Below are positions 1 through 8,676 of a DNA stretch of 32,758 nucleotides, piece by piece (the first letter of the stretch is position 1; each line of letters begins with the position of its first letter). Under the pieces are notes generated by a model that ran no database searches, was not told the origin of the DNA, and saw only the letters and a program-made list of their open reading frames with translations. Location: the sequence record NZ_CP035505.1; one strand, written 5' to 3'. The DNA is from a plasmid. Position numbers and translations under genes: made by a program.

Positions 1-12
1 ATACTGGGGTCT

Positions 13-213
13 ATGTCTACGAATCGACCGCGCCGACAGCGCCGAGGGGAGTCGCTAGAGCGACTGCACCTGGCACTGCCTGCCGATCTGCACGCGGCCG
101 CGAAAGCGGAAGCTGCACGCTTGGGCGTCACACGCGCGGCGTGGATCGTAGCCGTACTTGCTCGTGAGCTGGACATGCCCGGCCACGAGCTACCCAACCC
201 AGAGACCACATAA
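13..213 (+). CDS. Ribbon-helix-helix (CopG/Arc-like) DNA-binding protein
   Basis: 66-aa ORF starting ATG 13. The segment LHLALPADLHAAAKAEAARLGVTRAAWIVAVLAREL fits the RHH beta-strand/helix/helix pattern (hydrophobic-alternating strand then two helices). Followed by a hairpin terminator. No upstream sequence in the window to check for an RBS. Confidence 0.45.
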   Translation: MSTNRPRRQRRGESLERLHLALPADLHAAAKAEAARLGVTRAAWIVAVLARELDMPGHELPNPETT

Positions 214-218
214 ATGAA

Positions 219-246
219 GGTGGCTCCCCCGGCCAGGGGAGCCACC
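219..246. terminator. GC-rich hairpin GGTGGCTCCCC-N6-GGGGAGCCACC after the RHH gene
   Basis: Perfect 11-bp inverted repeat immediately 3' of the stop at 211-213. A second 8-bp-stem hairpin GAACGCCG...CGGCGTTC follows at ~258-292. Confidence 0.4.
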
Positions 247-327
247 TTCCAAGTCTTGAACGCCGCGTAAGTTTTCCCGACTCTCGGCGTTCAGAGCGGA
301 GCACTCCATGCAAGAAAGCAACTCGCT

Positions 328-1494
328 ATGACGAGTGTAGCAGTCTCGAAAACGCGAGCCCAGGGGACCCGTCACACCCGGCCCTTGCCCTCGCGGACGC
401 GCCGAGTGCGCGTGGAGAAGGAGCACAGCCCGCTCGCGCTGATGGGCGCGATGCCCGCCGGCTACCGTCCGCCGCGGCACGTCATGGAATGGAAGCGCGC
501 TGCTGATGCCTGGCTTGATAGCCGGTATATGCGTGCGGACGCCCGCCGCAACCGTGCGCGCGTCGTCCGCTGGTTGGCCGAGACCAACAACCCGCGCACC
601 CGCACGATCCTGACCACATGGCAGCGCATCCAGGACACCGTAGGGATCGCCCGGCGCACCGTGGCCCGCATCCTGGCCGAGCTACGTCAGGACGGCCTAC
701 TCGTCGTCGTGGCCACGGGCCGCAGCGCCGCACGAACCCCCCAGGCCACCGGCCGCACCTCCAACGAGGCCCCCGTCTACGCACTGTGCGTCGAATGCTC
801 GCAGGACGAGGCTGCACCTACTGACGGTGGCCCCCAGGAGGGAGACGCAGGGGCCAATGGGCATGTGGATATATCTGGCACCCCGGACCCCGTAGGGAGG
901 GTTAAGAAGCACCTACGCGCGCGCGAGGCGAACGAACCCGAATCGAGCCGCTACGCGGCCGGACTTACCCGGTGGCAGCGCGCTTCGCGCGCCGCCTTCG
1001 GGAACCTCTACGAGCAGCGAAAAGACCACTCGTGGTCACGCCACGCAACGATGAAGCCTGAGACGAGGCTGGGGCGCCGTAGTGCCCAACGTCAAGAGCT
1101 TTTCGAGCTGGCTTTGTGCGTGCAGGTGCACGTGTTGCGGGCACGGGAGGCCACCACGGCCGCCGTAGCGGCCGAGATCCGCCCGTTCATGCTCGCAGGG
1201 TGGACCGTGGGCGACGTCATCCACGCGCTCGACCGTGCGCCGGATGGGACGTCGCACTGGTACAGCGACTCCGGGTTTTTCCGCCCCGAGACGTGGCTAC
1301 GGCACCGTCTGAGCCAATGGCGCACCGCCGAAGGTGAGGTACGCGCGGCCTTCACCCATCGCGCCGAAGCCGCACGAGCCCAAGACCAAGCACGCGCCCG
1401 GGCCGAAGCCGAACGCACCGCAGCGCGCCGCGCGAAAGCGACCCCGGCGCCGGCGTGGTTCCGCGCAATGCGCGAAACCCAGAATTACCGGTAG
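328..1494 (+). CDS. wHTH DNA-binding protein, possible plasmid replication initiator (Rep) or regulator
   Basis: 388-aa ORF with a helix-turn-helix segment IARRTVARILAELRQDGLL. It sits directly upstream of the parA-parG module and of a cluster of iteron-like palindromes. Assignment as Rep comes from gene order only; no motif recognised with certainty. Confidence 0.4.
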   Translation: MTSVAVSKTRAQGTRHTRPLPSRTRRVRVEKEHSPLALMGAMPAGYRPPRHVMEWKRAADAWLDSRYMRADARRNRARVVRWLAETNNPRTRTILTTWQRIQDTVGIARRTVARILAELRQDGLLVVVATGRSAARTPQATGRTSNEAPVYALCVECSQDEAAPTDGGPQEGDAGANGHVDISGTPDPVGRVKKHLRAREANEPESSRYAAGLTRWQRASRAAFGNLYEQRKDHSWSRHATMKPETRLGRRSAQRQELFELALCVQVHVLRAREATTAAVAAEIRPFMLAGWTVGDVIHALDRAPDGTSHWYSDSGFFRPETWLRHRLSQWRTAEGEVRAAFTHRAEAARAQDQARARAEAERTAARRAKATPAPAWFRAMRETQNYR

Positions 1495-1540
1495 TGCGGC
1501 ATGCCGGTATACCGGCATGCCGTGGTGCCGGTATACTGGT
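1486..1540. promoter_or_regulatory. Palindrome cluster (TACCGGTA; 24-bp perfect palindrome GGCATGCCGGTATACCGGCATGCC at 1498-1521; CCGGTATACTGG) upstream of parA: candidate par operator/centromere-like site
   Basis: Perfect palindromes read directly in the sequence between the stop of the upstream ORF (1494) and the parA RBS. A TATACT -10-like hexamer lies at 1532-1537. A GGGGAGGAAAGACCCCC hairpin at ~1545-1561 resembles the leader hairpin of the three genes at 31.2-32.4 kb. Confidence 0.5.
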
Positions 1541-1579
1541 GGTGGGGAGGAAAGACCCCCAGGAGGAAAGGACAGCGAC

Positions 1580-2167
1580 ATGACACTGATAGCCGCAGTG
1601 CTGAACAGCAAAGGTGGGGTCGGCAAGACGACCACCTCGATCCATCTGGCTACCGCGCTGGATCGGAACTACAGCGTGGAAGTGTGGGATGCCGACCCGC
1701 AGGGCAGCGCGTGCGAATGGGCTGAGGTGACGGCCGAGGACGGCCGGCCGCTCCCGTTCGCTGTGGAGGCCGTGAATGCGCGGACCTTGGGTAGCCGCCG
1801 GCCCGACGTTGATGTGGTGGTGATCGACACTCCGCCGGGGGAACCGGCGCTGATGACGGCGGCGGCCAGGCGCGCTGATGTGGTGATCATCCCTACCGCC
1901 CCGGCAAACCTGGACATAGCCCGGGTGTGGCCCACGATGGACGCACTGGGGGAGACGCCGAAGGTGGTGCTACTGACTCACGCAGACCCGCGCACAGTGC
2001 TCTACCGCCAGGCGCGCGAAGCACTCGATGCCGAGGGTGTAGCCGTGTTTGACCGCGCGATCAGGCCTACCCAGCGGATCAAAGCCCAGGGCAACAGCTA
2101 CCCCAGAAAAATGTTCGGCTACGACGACGTAGCCGCCGAGCTGATGAAACTCATGAAGGACGGATAA
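1580..2167 (+). CDS. parA: ParA-family partition ATPase (small, ~195 aa)
   Basis: Deviant Walker A NSKGGVGKTTTSIHLA right after the ATG at 1580. RBS AGGAGGAAAGG lies 8 nt upstream. The longer ORF-track start at 1334 is rejected because it covers the palindrome cluster and RBS. Confidence 0.85.
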   Translation: MTLIAAVLNSKGGVGKTTTSIHLATALDRNYSVEVWDADPQGSACEWAEVTAEDGRPLPFAVEAVNARTLGSRRPDVDVVVIDTPPGEPALMTAAARRADVVIIPTAPANLDIARVWPTMDALGETPKVVLLTHADPRTVLYRQAREALDAEGVAVFDRAIRPTQRIKAQGNSYPRKMFGYDDVAAELMKLMKDG

Positions 2168-2169
2168 CG

Positions 2170-2397
2170 ATGACGGACAAGGCCAACAAGATGCGGCGCC
2201 CCAGCCGCACCAGCACTACCGCGACGTCGAACACGACCCCGGACATGGCAAGCGCGTTCACCGCGCGCCGCGAAGAAACCCGAAAACTCACCGCCGTGGT
2301 GTCGAAGGACCGCTACGACAAGCTACGGCGCATCGCTTTTGAGCGAGACACCTCGATCACACAACTGATCAACGAGGCCATCGACAAGCTCTCATAA
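2170..2397 (+). CDS. ParG-like ribbon-helix-helix centromere-binding protein (ParB functional analogue)
   Basis: 75-aa ORF starting 3 nt after the parA stop. Disordered basic N-terminus, then an RHH-like C-terminus KLRRIAFERDTSITQLINEAIDKL typical of ParG/omega-type partners of small ParAs. Confidence 0.6.
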   Translation: MTDKANKMRRPSRTSTTATSNTTPDMASAFTARREETRKLTAVVSKDRYDKLRRIAFERDTSITQLINEAIDKLS

Positions 2398-2599
2398 CCT
2401 CACCCAGAAAGGGGGCACCCGTCATGGTTACTTTCGGCATCATCGACGATCACCGCCAGAAGTTCGCCCGCCAGTTGGCGGAGGCGACCATCCCCATGGT
2501 CCACGCGAAAGGGATCTGGGCTGACCCCGTTTGGTAGGTCCGGTGGTTGTGTGAGTCGTCCTGTTGCCCGGGGGTCCGGGCAGTGAGACTGGTCAGATC

Positions 2600-2884
2600 A
2601 TGACGAACAGCAGGAAGCGTCACACCTCGGAGCAGGTCGTCCGTAAGCTCGGGCAGGCCGACAGGATGCTCGCGGGCGGTAGCGACATCGCCGCGGTGTG
2701 TCGGGAGCTTGGGATATCCGAGCAGACGTATTACCGGTGGCGTAACCAGTACGGCGGACTGAAGGCCGACGACGCGAAGCGCCTGAAGGAGCTGGAGAAG
2801 CAGAACGCCACGCTCAAGCGGTTGCTGGCCGAAGCGGAGCTGGAGAAGGCCGCGCTCAAGGAGCTGGCCGAGGGAAACTTCTAG
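2600..2884 (+). CDS. IS3-family transposase OrfA (HTH + leucine zipper)
   Basis: MTNSRKRHTSEQVVRKLGQADRMLAGG...KRLKELEKQNATLKRLLAEAELEKAALKELAEGNF is a typical IS3 OrfA. ATG 2600 is 83 bp inside the left IR. The upstream in-frame extension from 2564 is unlikely to be used. Confidence 0.85.
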   Translation: MTNSRKRHTSEQVVRKLGQADRMLAGGSDIAAVCRELGISEQTYYRWRNQYGGLKADDAKRLKELEKQNATLKRLLAEAELEKAALKELAEGNF

Positions 2885-2934
2885 GCCCGGGCAGGCGCCG
2901 CGCCGCCGTCTCGCACCTGATCAGGACACTGCAG

Positions 2935-3750
2935 GTGAGCGAGCGGATGGCGTGCCGTCTGGCCGGGCTGAGCAGGTCCGCATACCGTCGCCCGCTCCAG
3001 GGTGAGACGACAGCCGACCCGGACCTGGCGTTGCGGGACTGGCTGCGGGCGTATGCGAAGAAGCACCCGCGGTGGGGATACCGCAGGGCCTACCACGATG
3101 CCCGCGGCGAGGGGTGGGTCGTGAACCACAAGAAGATCCAACGGCTCTGGTGCGAGGAAGGGCTGCGCGTCCCGCAGCGGCGTCGCCGCAAACGCGTTGG
3201 GTCTTCGACCGTCGACGCCCCGGCAGCGGTCGCACCGAACCTCGTGTGGGCGGTGGACTTCCAGTTCGACGCGGACGAGCAGGGCCGTTCGATCAAGATC
3301 TGCTCCATCGTCGACGAGCACACCCGCGAGTGCATCGGCGGGCTCGTCGAACGGTCGATCACCGCGGACCGGCTCACCGCCCACCTCGAGGACCTCGTCG
3401 CCGTCCGCGGCGCCCCCGCGGTGCTCCGATCCGACAACGGCCCCGAGTTCATCAGCGACGCGATGGCCGACTGGGCCGGCACCCGCACCGGCCTGTTCTA
3501 CATCCCGCCCGGCTCGCCCTGGCACAACGGGTACGTCGAGTCGTTCAACAGCAGGCTCCGCGACGAGTGCCTGAACATCAACAGCTTCTACTCGCTGCTC
3601 CACGCCCAGGTCGTGATCGGCGACTGGAAGACCGAATACAACCACGACCGCCGGCATTCATCGCTCGGCTACCTACCCCCGGCCGAGTACGCTCGGCAGT
3701 GCACCCATCAATCGGAAACCGACGACTCGCACAGCGACCGGACCGAATGA
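2935..3750 (+). CDS. IS3-family transposase OrfB (DDE integrase core), normally made as an OrfAB fusion by -1 frameshift
   Basis: Contains RSDNGPEF and HSSLGY regions typical of the IS3 DDE domain. The orfB frame is open upstream through orfA in the -1 frame; the slippery heptamer GGGAAAC (2872-2878) sits 3 nt upstream of the orfA stop. Confidence 0.85.
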   Translation: MSERMACRLAGLSRSAYRRPLQGETTADPDLALRDWLRAYAKKHPRWGYRRAYHDARGEGWVVNHKKIQRLWCEEGLRVPQRRRRKRVGSSTVDAPAAVAPNLVWAVDFQFDADEQGRSIKICSIVDEHTRECIGGLVERSITADRLTAHLEDLVAVRGAPAVLRSDNGPEFISDAMADWAGTRTGLFYIPPGSPWHNGYVESFNSRLRDECLNINSFYSLLHAQVVIGDWKTEYNHDRRHSSLGYLPPAEYARQCTHQSETDDSHSDRTE

Positions 3751-4364
3751 AGGGGGCGGCCCAGATCGGCCGCTGGAATGACAGCGACCACCGTGGAGCG
3801 CGCGCATTCATGAGGGCGCAGAACACTGACCTTCCTGATGACTTTTGGTTCGGGGCGTGGGATGGACGCAACCTCATTGGCATGATCCACACGGCACCTC
3901 CAGTGGGCACCGGGGCCGACCTCATTCGCCACGCGCACCCACAGGCGCGCCTACCGCTGGCGTTCACCCCGGCAAAACTGGCCGAGTATTTCAAAGGCAA
4001 CGTGCTGCTAGAAGAAATCGCAGTTGCCCCTGGCTATCAAGGCCAGGGCATCGGGAGATGCCTGCTAGACGAAGCGTTGCAGAACGCGCACAAGCGGGCC
4101 GTGCGGAACTTCTGCACCGCTGCCACATCCCAACACGCAGCAAATTTTTTCCAGTCAGCCGGGATGGACGTTCAACCCGTTGGCCTGCCACTTCACCCTT
4201 CCCGCGCGGATGGGTTGAGGACCAGCACTAGGCCCGAATGGCGCCACATCCGATGGGCAGCAATCACGCCGGAAGGCCGCTGACGGACACGCCCCCTGGC
4301 GTTACCTCACCACACACGGACCAAGAACCGGGGCTGACCACCCCACCACCCGAGGAGATCCGAC

Positions 4365-4611
4365 ATGCTGATCTACAGCAACACGTTCGGCCCGTTGAAC
4401 GTCCCGCCGCACTACTGGATCGTCACCGACCCACCCCACGCTGCATGCGGACCTGATGTGTCCACATGCGTGGCGCAAGAGATCCAGATGCACGGCACTC
4501 GCTACTGCTTCCGCCTCCTGAGCGGAGACGGCACACACGTGGCCCGCGGCTGTTTGTGGGCCGCGGAGCGAGCGGGTGAGCTGCCAATGAACCCCACCGC
4601 GGCAATGGGCC
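4365..4611 (+). CDS. Hypothetical protein, 3' end truncated by IS fragment
   Basis: RBS GAGGAG 7 nt before ATG 4365. The ORF runs uninterrupted into the IS3 right-end fragment at 4612, so the native C-terminus is lost. No family recognised. Confidence 0.35.
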
Positions 4612-4825
4612 TGGGCCGCCCCCTTCATTCGGTCCGGTCGCTGTGCGAGTCGTCGGTTTCCGATTGATGGGTGCATTGCCGAGCGTAGTCGACGGGTGCG
4701 AGGTAGCCGAGCGATGAATGCCGGCGGTCGTGGTTGTATTCGGTCTTCCAGTCGCCGATCACGACCTGGGCGTGGAGCAGCGAGTAGAAGCTGTTGATGT
4801 TCAGGCACTCGTCGCGGAGCCTGCT
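4612..4825 (-). mobile_element. Truncated fragment (214 bp, IRR end) of the same IS3-family element
   Basis: Identical to the first ~214 bp of copy B (7298 onward), then diverges after CGGAGCCTGCT. It includes the IRR and the 3' end of orfB on the minus strand. Confidence 0.8.
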
Positions 4826-4984
4826 CTCGGCATCCTCGCCTTCACTTCGGCGAGGTCACCCGTGGCCAGGCCTCTCGCCCTCGCTGCGCCACCGGCGACA
4901 TCCTCCGCTTCGCGAGGTCACCATGCACGAGCCCCTCGCTGGGCGACGCGTGCGTCCCGTCATGGCCTGAGACCTCACATCACC

Positions 4985-5028
4985 GACGGGGCCCTGCCGA
5001 GAGACGATCCTCACGGCAGGGCCCCGTC
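4985..5028. terminator. Hairpin GACGGGGCCCTGCCG-N14-CGGCAGGGCCCCGTC, likely terminator for the hydrolase gene
   Basis: Perfect 15-bp inverted repeat 40 bp downstream (on the minus strand) of the stop codon at 5068-5070. Confidence 0.5.
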
Positions 5029-5067
5029 ACGGTGCTTGGGCGCGAGCGGCCGGGTGCGCCTCGGGGG

Positions 5068-6012
5068 TCAGGCGTCGTCCCGCCCGGCGGCGCGGTGGAC
5101 GAACTCGATGAGGGAGTTCTCCATCTCGGCGCGGGTCTCGGGCTCGTTGTGAACCTCGTGGCGGACGTCGGGGTAGATGTGGAGTTCGACGTCGTGGCCC
5201 TTCTCCTCCAGGCGCCGGGCGACCTCGCGCGCACCCTCGCCGTAGTTGGTCACCGGGTCCTCCGCGCCCGCGAAGATCGCGACGGGAACCTGCGGAAGGC
5301 GGTCGAAGAAGTCGTCGCCGTTGGCCTGGTCGTACACGTCGACGAAGCCCTGCAGGAACCGGTTGCTCAAGGGGGCGCCGAAGTTGTTGAAGGGGTCGCG
5401 GCCGTGATCACGGACGACGTCCGCGTTGCGCGCCACCCAGTCCGTCGGGCCGAAGTCCGGGCCGAGGCGGTCGTAGAAGCCGTCGAACAGCTGGCCCACC
5501 AACGCATCCGCAGCGGGGGCGGAACCGTCGGCCGCCACGGCAGCCTTCAGGGCCTCGCGATCCAGCGTCGACTCGACACCGCGCATGCCCACGGCGATAC
5601 CGCCCAGCGCGAGCCCGTCGACCTCGACACCCGGCTGCAGCACCAGCGCCCGCGCGATCATCGACCCCAGGCTGTGGCCGAACACCACGTACGGCAGGTC
5701 GGGGAACAGCTCCTTGGCCTTCCGGTACAGCGTCACCTCGTCCTGCACGATGACCGTCGCCGACTCGTCACCGGCGTCACCCCACGTCCCCGACTGCATC
5801 GCCGTCCGACCGTGACCCGCGTGATCGTCCGCGACCACGACGAACCCCGCATCCACCAGCGCGGCCGTCATGTGCAGGTACCGGCGGGAGTGCTCGCCGA
5901 GACCGTGGATGAGCTGGACCACCGCCACCGGCGTGACCGCCGGTTCGTACACCCAGGCCTGGATGGTGTCGGTGCCGTTGTGCGACGTGAACTCGAGTTC
6001 GCGCAGAGCCAT
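5068..6012 (-). CDS. Alpha/beta hydrolase (lysophospholipase / monoacylglycerol lipase-like, Hydrolase_4 type)
   Basis: HGLGEHSRRY oxyanion/N-terminal motif and GHSLGS nucleophile elbow (GxSxG). Start chosen at ATG 6012 (MALRELEFTSHNG...), preceded by RBS GAGGAGG. The longer ORF-track extension to 6216 is a low-complexity R/S/G-rich run. Confidence 0.75.
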   Translation of the reverse strand: MALRELEFTSHNGTDTIQAWVYEPAVTPVAVVQLIHGLGEHSRRYLHMTAALVDAGFVVVADDHAGHGRTAMQSGTWGDAGDESATVIVQDEVTLYRKAKELFPDLPYVVFGHSLGSMIARALVLQPGVEVDGLALGGIAVGMRGVESTLDREALKAAVAADGSAPAADALVGQLFDGFYDRLGPDFGPTDWVARNADVVRDHGRDPFNNFGAPLSNRFLQGFVDVYDQANGDDFFDRLPQVPVAIFAGAEDPVTNYGEGAREVARRLEEKGHDVELHIYPDVRHEVHNEPETRAEMENSLIEFVHRAAGRDDA

Positions 6013-6439
6013 GCTGACCTCCTCGTCATGCCCCTCGGGCGGGGAGCTCGACGGTATGACCCTACCGTACCTGCCGACAACGGGATGTCCGGCCCCCGAC
6101 CTCCGTCGCCCACTCGCGGAACTCCCTGTCGCGGGCGCTGAGAGCGGCAGGTACGCGCCCAGCCCGTCCCGAGAGCCGCGTGACCGGGTCCGGACCCGGC
6201 GGCCCGGCAGGGTCACCCCCGGTGGGGGGGCCGCGTCCCGCCCGGATCATGCCTGCCGGCCCGCCCCGTGGCACTTCGGACGCTCTGTGCCGGCGCCGGG
6301 CGTGCCCGTCCACGCCCGGACGGCCCGCAGAACGTGGACCAGGCCTCGGCATCGCGGCTAAGGAAGGTGAGGCCGGGGTCGATCAGACAGGCGACACGGG
6401 ACATCACATGGAGAAACGGCGTCCCCGCTCCGGTGCTGC

Positions 6440-6976
6440 GTGTACCCGACGACGGCCCCCCGGCCGACGAGCCCGGCGCCGACGACCTCGGTCCCGGCGA
6501 TCACGCCGCGGCCCACGTCGCCCGCGACTACGGTGCCGGCGCCGACGACGCGCCCCACGACCACGCCCACCACGCGCCCGACGACCCGTCCGAGCGTCCC
6601 CGCAGTGAAGGCGGTGCAGCGCACCTTCCAGGTGGACCGGTACATGCCCAAGACCGCGGCTCAGGCCCGGGTCGTGGCGCGCCTCGACGACGACGGCGTG
6701 CTGCGTTACCGCGAGGACCGCGCCCTCTGGGGCGCGAACAACTGGCAGTTCGTGACGGTGCGGGTGCCCGCCGACGCGAGCAAGGCGCAGGTCATGGCCG
6801 TGATCAACGCCAAGACGTCCTCGCGTGTGGGTGACGTGCACACCGGTTCGCGCCTGCGTTCCATCACGCGTGGTCGCTCGGTGACGATCGCGTGGGAGCT
6901 CGGCAAGGGCGCCCGCCCCACCTCCGCCTGGGGTGCGAACAAGTCCGTCAACCAGATGTTCTTCGCCCGCTCCTGA
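6440..6976 (+). CDS. Hypothetical protein with Pro/Thr-rich N-terminal region and ~110-aa C-terminal domain
   Basis: GTG start per the ORF track. N-terminal (PTT/TRPT)n low complexity, then a globular-looking segment LRYREDRALWGANNWQFVTVRVPADASKAQVMAVINAKTSSRV... Followed by a strong hairpin. The true start is uncertain and no signal peptide is seen in this frame. Overlapping antisense ORFs are judged artefacts. Confidence 0.35.
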   Translation: MYPTTAPRPTSPAPTTSVPAITPRPTSPATTVPAPTTRPTTTPTTRPTTRPSVPAVKAVQRTFQVDRYMPKTAAQARVVARLDDDGVLRYREDRALWGANNWQFVTVRVPADASKAQVMAVINAKTSSRVGDVHTGSRLRSITRGRSVTIAWELGKGARPTSAWGANKSVNQMFFARS

Positions 6977-6980
6977 GCGA

Positions 6981-7021
6981 CCACAGGTGGGCGTGGCCAT
7001 CACCACCACGCCCACCTGTGG
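6981..7021. terminator. Hairpin CCACAGGTGGGCGTGG-N9-CCACGCCCACCTGTGG
   Basis: Perfect 16-bp inverted repeat starting 5 nt after the stop codon at 6974-6976. Confidence 0.45.
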
Positions 7022-7310
7022 CGGGCCTGCATCGCCGAGCCCGGCCGAGCGACGCGTCACCCTTGCGAGGGTGGCGCCGTCGCCGCATGTCGGCTCCGCC
7101 CCTCGGGGGTGAGTCCGGGACCGGCGCCCTCATGGGTCGAATCACTCGGCCCGGCCATCGAATTCGGCGGCAGCCTCTCGGTGATCCTGGGACCCGCGCG
7201 GTGTTGCGGGGCGGCCTGGCACCTCTTCTCCGCGTCGTGCAGCAGCGTCCCTTCGCGTGAGAACACTGTGAACGTTCCCCGAGATGCCGGGGGAGGCTGG
7301 GCCGCCCCCT

Positions 7311-8126
7311 TCATTCGGTCCGGTCGCTGTGCGAGTCGTCGGTTTCCGATTGATGGGTGCATTGCCGAGCGTAGTCGACGGGTGCGAGGTAGCCGAGCGA
7401 TGAATGCCGGCGGTCGTGGTTGTATTCGGTCTTCCAGTCGCCGATCACGACCTGGGCGTGGAGCAGCGAGTAGAAGCTGTTGATGTTCAGGCACTCGTCG
7501 CGGAGCCTGCTGTTGAACGACTCGACGTACCCGTTGTGCCAGGGCGAGCCGGGCGGGATGTAGAACAGGCCGGTGCGGGTGCCGGCCCAGTCGGCCATCG
7601 CGTCGCTGATGAACTCGGGGCCGTTGTCGGATCGGAGCACCGCGGGGGCGCCGCGGACGGCGACGAGGTCCTCGAGGTGGGCGGTGAGCCGGTCCGCGGT
7701 GATCGACCGTTCGACGAGCCCGCCGATGCACTCGCGGGTGTGCTCGTCGACGATGGAGCAGATCTTGATCGAACGGCCCTGCTCGTCCGCGTCGAACTGG
7801 AAGTCCACCGCCCACACGAGGTTCGGTGCGACCGCTGCCGGGGCGTCGACGGTCGAAGACCCAACGCGTTTGCGGCGACGCCGCTGCGGGACGCGCAGCC
7901 CTTCCTCGCACCAGAGCCGTTGGATCTTCTTGTGGTTCACGACCCACCCCTCGCCGCGGGCATCGTGGTAGGCCCTGCGGTATCCCCACCGCGGGTGCTT
8001 CTTCGCATACGCCCGCAGCCAGTCCCGCAACGCCAGGTCCGGGTCGGCTGTCGTCTCACCCTGGAGCGGGCGACGGTATGCGGACCTGCTCAGCCCGGCC
8101 AGACGGCACGCCATCCGCTCGCTCAC
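7311..8126 (-). CDS. IS3-family transposase OrfB (copy B)
   Basis: Identical protein to 2935-3750, apart from a few residues near the C-terminus where copy A differs. Confidence 0.85.
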   Translation of the reverse strand: MSERMACRLAGLSRSAYRRPLQGETTADPDLALRDWLRAYAKKHPRWGYRRAYHDARGEGWVVNHKKIQRLWCEEGLRVPQRRRRKRVGSSTVDAPAAVAPNLVWAVDFQFDADEQGRSIKICSIVDEHTRECIGGLVERSITADRLTAHLEDLVAVRGAPAVLRSDNGPEFISDAMADWAGTRTGLFYIPPGSPWHNGYVESFNSRLRDECLNINSFYSLLHAQVVIGDWKTEYNHDRRHSSLGYLAPVDYARQCTHQSETDDSHSDRTE

Positions 8127-8176
8127 CCGCAGCTTGCGCTTGAGGTGGTCGACGGCGGCGCGGCGCCTGCCCGGGC

Positions 8177-8461
8177 CTAGAAGTTTCCCTCGGCCAGCTC
8201 CTTGAGCGCGGCCTTCTCCAGCTCCGCTTCGGCCAGCAACCGCTTGAGCGTGGCGTTCTGCTTCTCCAGCTCCTTCAGGCGCTTCGCGTCGTCGGCCTTC
8301 AGTCCGCCGTACTGGTTCCGCCACCGGTAATACGTCTGCTCGGATATCCCAAGCTCCCGACACACCGCGGCGATGTCGCTACCGCCCGCGAGCATCCTGT
8401 CGGCCTGCCCGAGCTTACGGACGACCTGCTCCGAGGTGTGACGCTTCCTGCTGTTCGTCAT
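8177..8461 (-). CDS. IS3-family transposase OrfA (copy B)
   Basis: Identical protein to 2600-2884. Confidence 0.85.
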   Translation of the reverse strand: MTNSRKRHTSEQVVRKLGQADRMLAGGSDIAAVCRELGISEQTYYRWRNQYGGLKADDAKRLKELEKQNATLKRLLAEAELEKAALKELAEGNF

Positions 8462-8544
8462 GATCTGACCAGTCTCACTGCCCGGACCCCCGGGCAACAG
8501 GACGACTCACACAACCACCGGACCTACCAAACGGGGTCAGCCCA

Positions 8545-8597
8545 ACACCGTAGACACCACCGGACGCACCGTTGATAGCGAGAATTTCAGCGTTCAG
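8545..8597 (-). pseudogene. 5' stub of a gene truncated by IS copy B (encodes ...NAEILAINGASGGVYGV)
   Basis: On the minus strand, RBS GGAGGAGG then a possible CTG start and 17 codons running straight into the IS IRL. It is divergent from tetR and shares the operator-containing intergenic region. An N-terminus ILAINGASGG suggests a Rossmann/flavodoxin-like enzyme, but this is very tentative. Confidence 0.25.
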
Positions 8598-8676
8598 GTT
8601 TCCTCCTCCAAGCCCCGTCAGAGACCCGGGGGATCGGTTGTCTTACGGGCCTCCGGCGCGGCGCCAGCCACCATTG

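Larger units (their letters stand above)
2517..3763 (+). mobile_element. IS3-family insertion sequence, copy A (1247 bp), flanked by 4-bp direct repeat GATC
   Basis: Terminal inverted repeats TGGGCTGACCCCGTTTGG (left) and CCGAATGAAGGGGGCGGCCCA (right; reverse complement TGGGCCGCCCCCTTCATTCGG). orfA/orfB in -1 arrangement. Near-identical copies at 7298-8544 and 10388-11634. GATC is present at 2513-2516 and 3764-3767. Confidence 0.9.
2424..4283 (+). pseudogene. GNAT family N-acetyltransferase gene split by IS3-family insertion (5' part 2424-2516, 3' part 3764-4283)
   Basis: RBS AAAGGGGG then ATG 2424. The reading frame MVTFGIIDDHRQKFARQLAEATIPMVHAKGI ends exactly at the IS boundary (2516/2517). 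After the IS, the same frame continues GRWNDSDH...YQGQGIGRCLLDEAL (GNAT motif A Q/RxxGxG) to the stop at 4283. Removing the IS and one copy of the 4-bp duplication GATC restores one continuous ~203-aa ORF. Confidence 0.7.
7298..8544 (-). mobile_element. IS3-family insertion sequence, copy B (1247 bp), no flanking direct repeat
   Basis: Same IRs and ORFs as copy A, in inverted orientation. The flanks (…GGAGGC left, ACACCG… right) do not form a target duplication. A gene fragment abuts its IRL end. Confidence 0.9.

Noticed and set aside
1334-1579. N-terminal extension of the parA ORF back to 1334 as given in the ORF track
   Set aside because: The extension is Arg/Pro-rich and spans the palindrome cluster and the AGGAGG RBS. 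ATG 1580 followed directly by the Walker A box is the evident start.
2881-4283. Long ORFs on the opposite strand or in alternate frames inside every IS copy (e.g. 2881-3657 minus 258 aa, 3072-4283 plus 403 aa, 3197-3574 plus, and their equivalents in copies B, C and D)
   Set aside because: They are Arg/Pro/Ala-rich antisense or alternate-frame readings of the transposase genes in high-GC DNA. They recur only because the IS is repeated. No RBS and no protein-like composition.
6180-7060. Overlapping ORFs 6180-6608 (+), 6268-6834 (+) and 6404-7060 (-) around the PT-rich gene
   Set aside because: Extreme Arg/Gly/Pro runs typical of non-coding frames in GC-rich sequence. Only the 6440-6976 frame has a globular-looking C-terminal segment, and even that is reported with low confidence.
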